Assembly: GCA_963716785.1 (NCBI GenBank)
Contig: CAVQUW010000019.1
Location: forward strand, 82,837-146,836
Reading direction: 5' to 3'
From: an uncultured delta proteobacterium
GTDB lineage: Bacteria > Desulfobacterota > Desulfobacteria > Desulfobacterales > SpSt-501
Length of the DNA: 64,000 nt
Below the pieces are notes generated by a model, which did not search any database, was not told the DNA's origin, and worked only from the letters and a program-made list of their open reading frames with translations. A program made the translations under genes and the position numbers. Each line of letters begins with the position of its first letter. Position 1 is the stretch's first letter. Shown here piece after piece: positions 59,460-64,000 of the stretch.

Positions 59460-59483
59460 ATGGGAGCGGCATCTTGCCGCGAT
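59460..59483 (+). repeat. REP-like element (family A)
   Basis: ATGGGAGCGGCATCTTGCCGCGAT. Confidence 0.6.
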
Positions 59484-59529
59484 CATCGGTGTTGCCGACC
59501 GGATGGCGCCGCGCCCCACCGACCGTTTC

Positions 59530-59580
59530 TTGTGAGTTCACAACTATTTTCTTGACAATGCACAAAATTTCTGATAAATT
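59530..59580 (+). promoter_or_regulatory. Sigma70 promoter with upstream palindrome
   Basis: TTGTGA-GT-TCACAA (59530-59543), then TTGACA-17-TAAATT with extended -10 TG. Confidence 0.55.
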
Positions 59581-59758
59581 TAAATTAGTTAACATGCTCC
59601 TGCCGGGAGTGGGAGGAATCATTTTTTCCGGACGGATCGCCGACCGGCAAGGGAATAATCTTCGGTCTCAGCCTGTCCGCTGACCTCGCAGACCACAATG
59701 CGAAAAACCTTCAGAACGGTCCTCACCCGAAACGATCGATTCCTGAACCCATGCCCCT

Positions 59759-60394
59759 ATGGCCAGTAAAATCAGCGCAGCGCTGATCCGCAAGGAAGCC
59801 GACACCTATCGCTCCCAGGGGCTGCATCGGGAGGCGCAGGAACTCTACGCTCGGTTTCTGGCCGACGCGACCCGGATCGACCCTGAAACCGAGTCCGTCA
59901 TCAAAAGGCAGATCCGGCTCATCGAGCTGGAAATGAACTGCGACTCTGGCGAGGCTCAAGATCTCTCGGCCGACCAAATCGATCTGATCAAGGTGGGCTG
60001 GCGGGGAAGCGCTTCAGAGGCGGACCTGTTCCAAAGCGCCCAAAGCTTGATGGAAATCGGCCGTTGGGTCGAGGCCCTCAAGGAATTCGGAAAAATGCTT
60101 TACAGGGGCAGCGTCTTCGAGCCCTTGGCCCCGCTCGTTGCGGAATGTTTTGCGCGCTTGTTCGACCCGCCGGCGTTGCCCGCGAGGGCCGGCAGTTACG
60201 CCCAGGTGCTGTTTCGCGACAACGAGCTCAGCCTCCGGTTTCAGGTGTCCGTCGCCGAACAATTGGCCCGCCGCGGAAACTTCGACCACGCTTCGGCATT
60301 GTACCGGCACCTGAGCACCAGCAGCCTTGGCTCGAGCATCATCGCAACCCGCCTGGCTGATTTAAAAAGAGAGCTGGACGCGACTCAGTCCTGA
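59759..60394 (+). CDS. Hypothetical alpha-helical (TPR-like) protein
   Basis: 211-aa ORF downstream of a clear promoter; TPR-like segments EADTYRSQGLHREAQELY and AQSLMEIGRWVEALKEF. Confidence 0.6.
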   Translation: MASKISAALIRKEADTYRSQGLHREAQELYARFLADATRIDPETESVIKRQIRLIELEMNCDSGEAQDLSADQIDLIKVGWRGSASEADLFQSAQSLMEIGRWVEALKEFGKMLYRGSVFEPLAPLVAECFARLFDPPALPARAGSYAQVLFRDNELSLRFQVSVAEQLARRGNFDHASALYRHLSTSSLGSSIIATRLADLKRELDATQS

Positions 60395-60954
60395 GAACCG
60401 ATCGCGTCACCGCCCTCGGCGCCGCCCCGGTACCCGGTTATTTCCCCCTCCGCCGTGCCCTCCTCGCGCCAGCCGCCCCCCAGGGCCTTGAAAAGGGCCA
60501 CCAGGTCGGTCAAGACCAGACCCGTGCTCTGAACCAGGGCGTCCTCGGTGGCATACAGCGACCGCTGGGCATCGAGCACGTTCAGAAACTCCACCTGCCC
60601 CTCGGTGTAGAGCCGGGTCGCCAGGTCGACAGCCTTGCGGTTGGCGGCCGCCGCCCCGACCAGGGCCCCGCGGCGTTCCTGCTCCATGCTGGAGGCGATC
60701 AACGCGCTCTCGACCTCGCGCAAGGCCGCCAGCACGGTCTGCCGGTAAGCGAGAAGGGCCTGCTCCTGCACGGCCTCCTGCTGCGCGATGTCGGCACGGA
60801 TGCGCCCCGTGTCGAACACCCGCCAGCTGGCCGAGGGGCCGAAGGACCAGACCCGCTGGGGCCAGGTGAACCAGGAGCTGAAGTCGGAGGCCTGAAAGCC
60901 GACCGAACCCGTCAGCGTGAAACGCGGGAACAGGTCGGCCGTCGCCACGCCGAC
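60385..60954 (-). pseudogene. C-terminal fragment of a NodT/OprM/TolC-type efflux outer-membrane factor, 5' part missing
   Basis: GVATADLFPRFTLTG, YRQTVLAALREVE.AL, Y..G...FLNVLDAQRSL, VALFKALGGGW; homology stops at about 60954. Confidence 0.88.
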
Positions 60955-61050
60955 AAAATGCAGCAAGCAGCAAAGGGATACCTAGAACAGTTTCTGAAAG
61001 TTGATGCCGACCGCGTACAGATTGGCTCGGACGGTCTGGTGATCCGTTAA
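60949..61050 (+). pseudogene. C-terminal fragment of a paralog of the 61209-62045 protein
   Basis: ADKMQQAAKGYLEQFLKVDADRVQIGSDGLVIR* aligns with EAQQAAAGYLQTFLGIEPDRIRLSANGLEIR*. Confidence 0.75.
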
Positions 61051-61208
61051 AGCAGACAACCCCGGCGGCCAAATGATCCGGCGGCCAGATGCTCAACTGT
61101 TGCGTTATGGGTGTCTAAATCGAGCTTGAATGCGTTCCTGGTCACCACACGCGATACGTCAAATCTTGAATGCTACGTTGATGAAATTTCGATTCTTCTT
61201 GTCCATCA

Positions 61209-62045
61209 ATGATCTCTTGTACACCAATAATCTTTTTATCTATGATCTCTTTTAACAGAACACTACGAGCAAGACGTCGAATCTGGGTCCTGATTTTGCT
61301 GGCCGCAGTCAGCCTCGTCGGACAAGGCGCACTTGCCCAGGATTCGGCATTCACTATGAGTCCGGCTACCTTTGCTAACTGGGCCGCACTCCAGCCGATG
61401 GGCGAACGGCTAGAACAGAGCCATCAGATCTTGTTCGGTGAGTCAGTCGAGGAATCCTTGGGTTCCGACCGTTCCCAGATGACATCTGGTACATCCTCTC
61501 CCAATGCTGATCGGGCGACAGGCACGACGGTATTGGCACCGACCACGTTCACGTCATCGCCCAATGCCTCTGGGCAGCGCGTGGCTTGGGCCATGGCGCA
61601 GTCCTACCCAGAAACATCTCGCGCACAGGCTGAAGAGGTCTTCGAGCAATTACTCTCAGGCTTCAAGCAGATCGAGTTCCAGTTTGGACTGCCCAGCAAC
61701 GATGTCGCGACGGCTGTATCCGCGTTCCTTGTCGGCAATTATTCGGTCTATCGCAGTACGCCCGTGCCGGACGAGTACTTCGTTCCGCTGGTCGAGCAGA
61801 TGCGACAGATTATCGGCACCACCCCAGCCTTCGCTCAGGCATCGGCAGCCGTGAAGCAGGAAACCTATGAGCAGCTAGCCATTTTGGGTATGTTCATGGC
61901 CACCACAGAGATGGCGCTGAACCAACAGCCCAATGCGGAACTGGGCGTTGAGGCCCAACAGGCGGCGGCAGGTTACTTGCAGACGTTTTTGGGTATCGAG
62001 CCTGATCGCATTAGGCTGTCGGCCAACGGACTGGAAATTCGATGA
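61209..62045 (+). CDS. Exported hypothetical protein (resembles DUF6683 family, from recollection)
   Basis: Signal peptide ALA|Q; NDVATAVSAFLVGNY, PLVEQMR, KQETYEQLAILGMFM. Confidence 0.7.
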   Translation: MISCTPIIFLSMISFNRTLRARRRIWVLILLAAVSLVGQGALAQDSAFTMSPATFANWAALQPMGERLEQSHQILFGESVEESLGSDRSQMTSGTSSPNADRATGTTVLAPTTFTSSPNASGQRVAWAMAQSYPETSRAQAEEVFEQLLSGFKQIEFQFGLPSNDVATAVSAFLVGNYSVYRSTPVPDEYFVPLVEQMRQIIGTTPAFAQASAAVKQETYEQLAILGMFMATTEMALNQQPNAELGVEAQQAAAGYLQTFLGIEPDRIRLSANGLEIR

Positions 62046-62193
62046 AGCAGAAGTTACCCAAGACCGGCCCAGATGAGACAATTCAGTACTACTAGGTTTC
62101 TGCCTAACAGCGCCCATGCAACCGACCGCCCATTTTGGAGTCCGGTGATTGCGAACGTTAGACCAAATTTTCCTATCAGTCAAGTCAACCTTT

Positions 62194-63228
62194 ATGAAAA
62201 AAAGATCCTCAATTGGCTCCATCATCATGTTGAGCTTCCTCCGAACGCAAATTGCATTTGCTGAGCCGACTGCCCAAGTTCGCGATGGGTTAGATCAAAG
62301 GTTTCGTTTGCCAATAGCGGATTTGCCTCTACAAGCATTGTCCTGTAAGCCTTTGTCGAAAGCCGGTACTGAGATTTACAAGTTTATAATCTCCAATGGT
62401 CTTCTCAATAATCCAGAATTCAGGGAGATTGGTTTTTCTTCAACCCCCTATTGGGAGGCTTATCAGCATTCTCCAAATGATCTGGAAGTCAGTCTGAAAT
62501 TGGGCGATGCGTATTTGGCAGAATATATACACAGCAGAGGATCGATCGATGCAGATCTAGAAACGCGCTTTTATAGAGACGCGATCGCAGCTTATCAAAA
62601 TGCCTTGGCCTTACCTGGAGATAGTATATTAAAAGCCTTTGCCAACTTAGGCTTGGGACGTATATTGACATTAGGGGAGCGGTATGAAGAAGCCATTGAG
62701 TACTATCAAGCAGCCTTGCAAATAGCTGAAAAGGCTCAACCCTTAAGTGCTAGGGAGAATAGAGCCGTAAGTGCAGATGCCTATGTTGGGATGGGCGTGG
62801 CTTTGGGAGGTGTATGCAAGCACGATGAGGCGCTTGAGGCTTATCTTAAAGCCGTCGAACTAAATCCTGATCACCCTGACATCGATTTTATTAACCTGAG
62901 TGCGCTTCTCGAAGAGCGGAATCGATTGGGTGATATGGTTGCTGTTTATAAAAGGGCGATTCAACGCGACCCAAACTTTTTTGGTACTTACGCTAGTTTA
63001 GGCAGTTTACTAGAAGAGCTAGGAAATGTGACTGAGGCAATCTCAAATTATCGTCGTGCTATTGCACTGGAACCCAACAGTTCCTATCTTTACTATGACC
63101 TGGGTAATGCACTTGCAGGGCAGGGAAATTTAACTGAAGCGCTCACGAACCTTCGCCGAGCAGCTCAACTTGCTCCAGATGATGCAGAAATTCAAACTGC
63201 CTTGCAAGCGGTGGAACGGCGACAATAA
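62194..63228 (+). CDS. Exported TPR-repeat protein
   Basis: Signal-like N-terminus (AFA|E); repeated YxxLGxxL...G...EAI..Y.RAI.L.P units; low GC. Confidence 0.85.
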   Translation: MKKRSSIGSIIMLSFLRTQIAFAEPTAQVRDGLDQRFRLPIADLPLQALSCKPLSKAGTEIYKFIISNGLLNNPEFREIGFSSTPYWEAYQHSPNDLEVSLKLGDAYLAEYIHSRGSIDADLETRFYRDAIAAYQNALALPGDSILKAFANLGLGRILTLGERYEEAIEYYQAALQIAEKAQPLSARENRAVSADAYVGMGVALGGVCKHDEALEAYLKAVELNPDHPDIDFINLSALLEERNRLGDMVAVYKRAIQRDPNFFGTYASLGSLLEELGNVTEAISNYRRAIALEPNSSYLYYDLGNALAGQGNLTEALTNLRRAAQLAPDDAEIQTALQAVERRQ

Positions 63229-63452
63229 ATAAACTTAGCTATTAGAACTCACGCTGCCGCTGTATTTTTTTGACAATTTATAAATACCGTCAATGATTAA
63301 TGAAATGGTTTCTCTGTTCTCTACACTTCTGTACTGGGGAGTCGCTTATGGTTTACCAAGTTGTTTACTGGTGGCTGGTCTTGGAGCCTACATTTCGCAG
63401 GTAGAGGCTGGAGGCTGATAAGGTTGATTATCAACGCTTCAAGGAGGTTCGC

Positions 63453-64000
63453 ATGGAACCAGCACTAGAGGTAGAGAGTCTCGACCATTTGGACTTAGTG
63501 GCGGGCGTAATTGATGAGTTGGGTTTGGTCGAATTGACGGATGCGTTACTGCCAAGTCATCAGCAAAATTGCATCAGTTGCGGCCAAGTGGTGAAAGCAC
63601 TGTTACTAAACTGTTTTGGTTTTTTGAGTGCGCCGTTGTATTGATTCAGGGCATTCTTCGAGAGCAAGCCTGTGGCACATTTATTGGGAGATGGCATTGA
63701 AGCGGGCCATCTGAATGATGACCGTCTTGGACGGGTGCTCGATGCCCTGTATGAATCGGGGTCCACGATGTTCTTTCTCAAAGTAGCGATGCAAGCGGTG
63801 GAACGATTTGCTGTCAAGACGGAGCCGTGTCATCTCGATTCCAGTTCGTTTTCAGTGGATGGGGAATACCTGGCACCAGCGAGTACAGACAGGCGTGAAG
63901 CGGGCGTGGATGATTTGCAACCGATCCAGATTTGTCGAGGCTATTCGCGCGACCAGCGACCAGACTTGAAGCAGTACATGGTGAATCTGGTCTGTAGCCG
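63453..64000 (+). mobile_element. IS1634-family transposase, partial at window end, in-frame TGA at 63642-63644
   Basis: LDHL.LVAG.IDELG, GQVVKAL.LN..GF.SAPLY*F, LNDDRLGRVLD.LY, HLDSSSFSV.G.Y, GYSRD.RPDLKQ all in one frame. Confidence 0.88.

Noticed and set aside
62581..62588. HIP1 octamer GCGATCGC as proof of cyanobacterial origin
   Set aside because: A single occurrence is not informative; the same word occurs by chance in the GC-rich part
63642..63644. Selenocysteine or recoded TGA
   Set aside because: The position corresponds to Leu in the transposase family, and no SECIS-like context was recognised

Overview
GC-rich bacterial DNA, gene content typical of an anaerobic Desulfobacterota-like (deltaproteobacterial) organism, almost entirely metabolic and transport genes. 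From left to right: a Rieske/cytochrome b6-type operon whose c-type partner is an octaheme HEAT/TPR cytochrome; an arylsulfatase and a HAD phosphatase; a RpiR-TAXI/TRAP-enoyl-CoA hydratase-acyl-CoA synthetase cluster; cupin, USP and several unannotated microproteins; an IclR-controlled tungsten aldehyde oxidoreductase operon; YihY; a PAS-GGDEF cyclase; then the most unusual locus (26.7-37.8 kb), an IclR - divergent ComA-like - TctCBA - alkylsulfatase-like - RNase Z-fold hydrolase - aryl-sulfate sulfotransferase - catechol-dehydroxylase-like Mo enzyme run, which looks like an undescribed organosulfate/sulfonate catabolic system. It is followed by a membrane-anchored reductive-dehalogenase-like gene, a PepD/M29-like/Dpp-ABC/GntR operon, EamA, NudD, ApgM and a LIV-ABC/acyl-CoA ligase/PaaI operon. 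Near 60,950 an abrupt junction truncates two genes and leads into lower-GC DNA (DUF6683-like paralogs, a TPR protein, an IS1634 transposase). Many genes carry +1 frameshifts that look like assembly-consensus artefacts. Three families of REP/MITE-like repeats are present. No rRNA, tRNA or CRISPR array was seen. All family assignments come from motif recognition by eye, with no database search.
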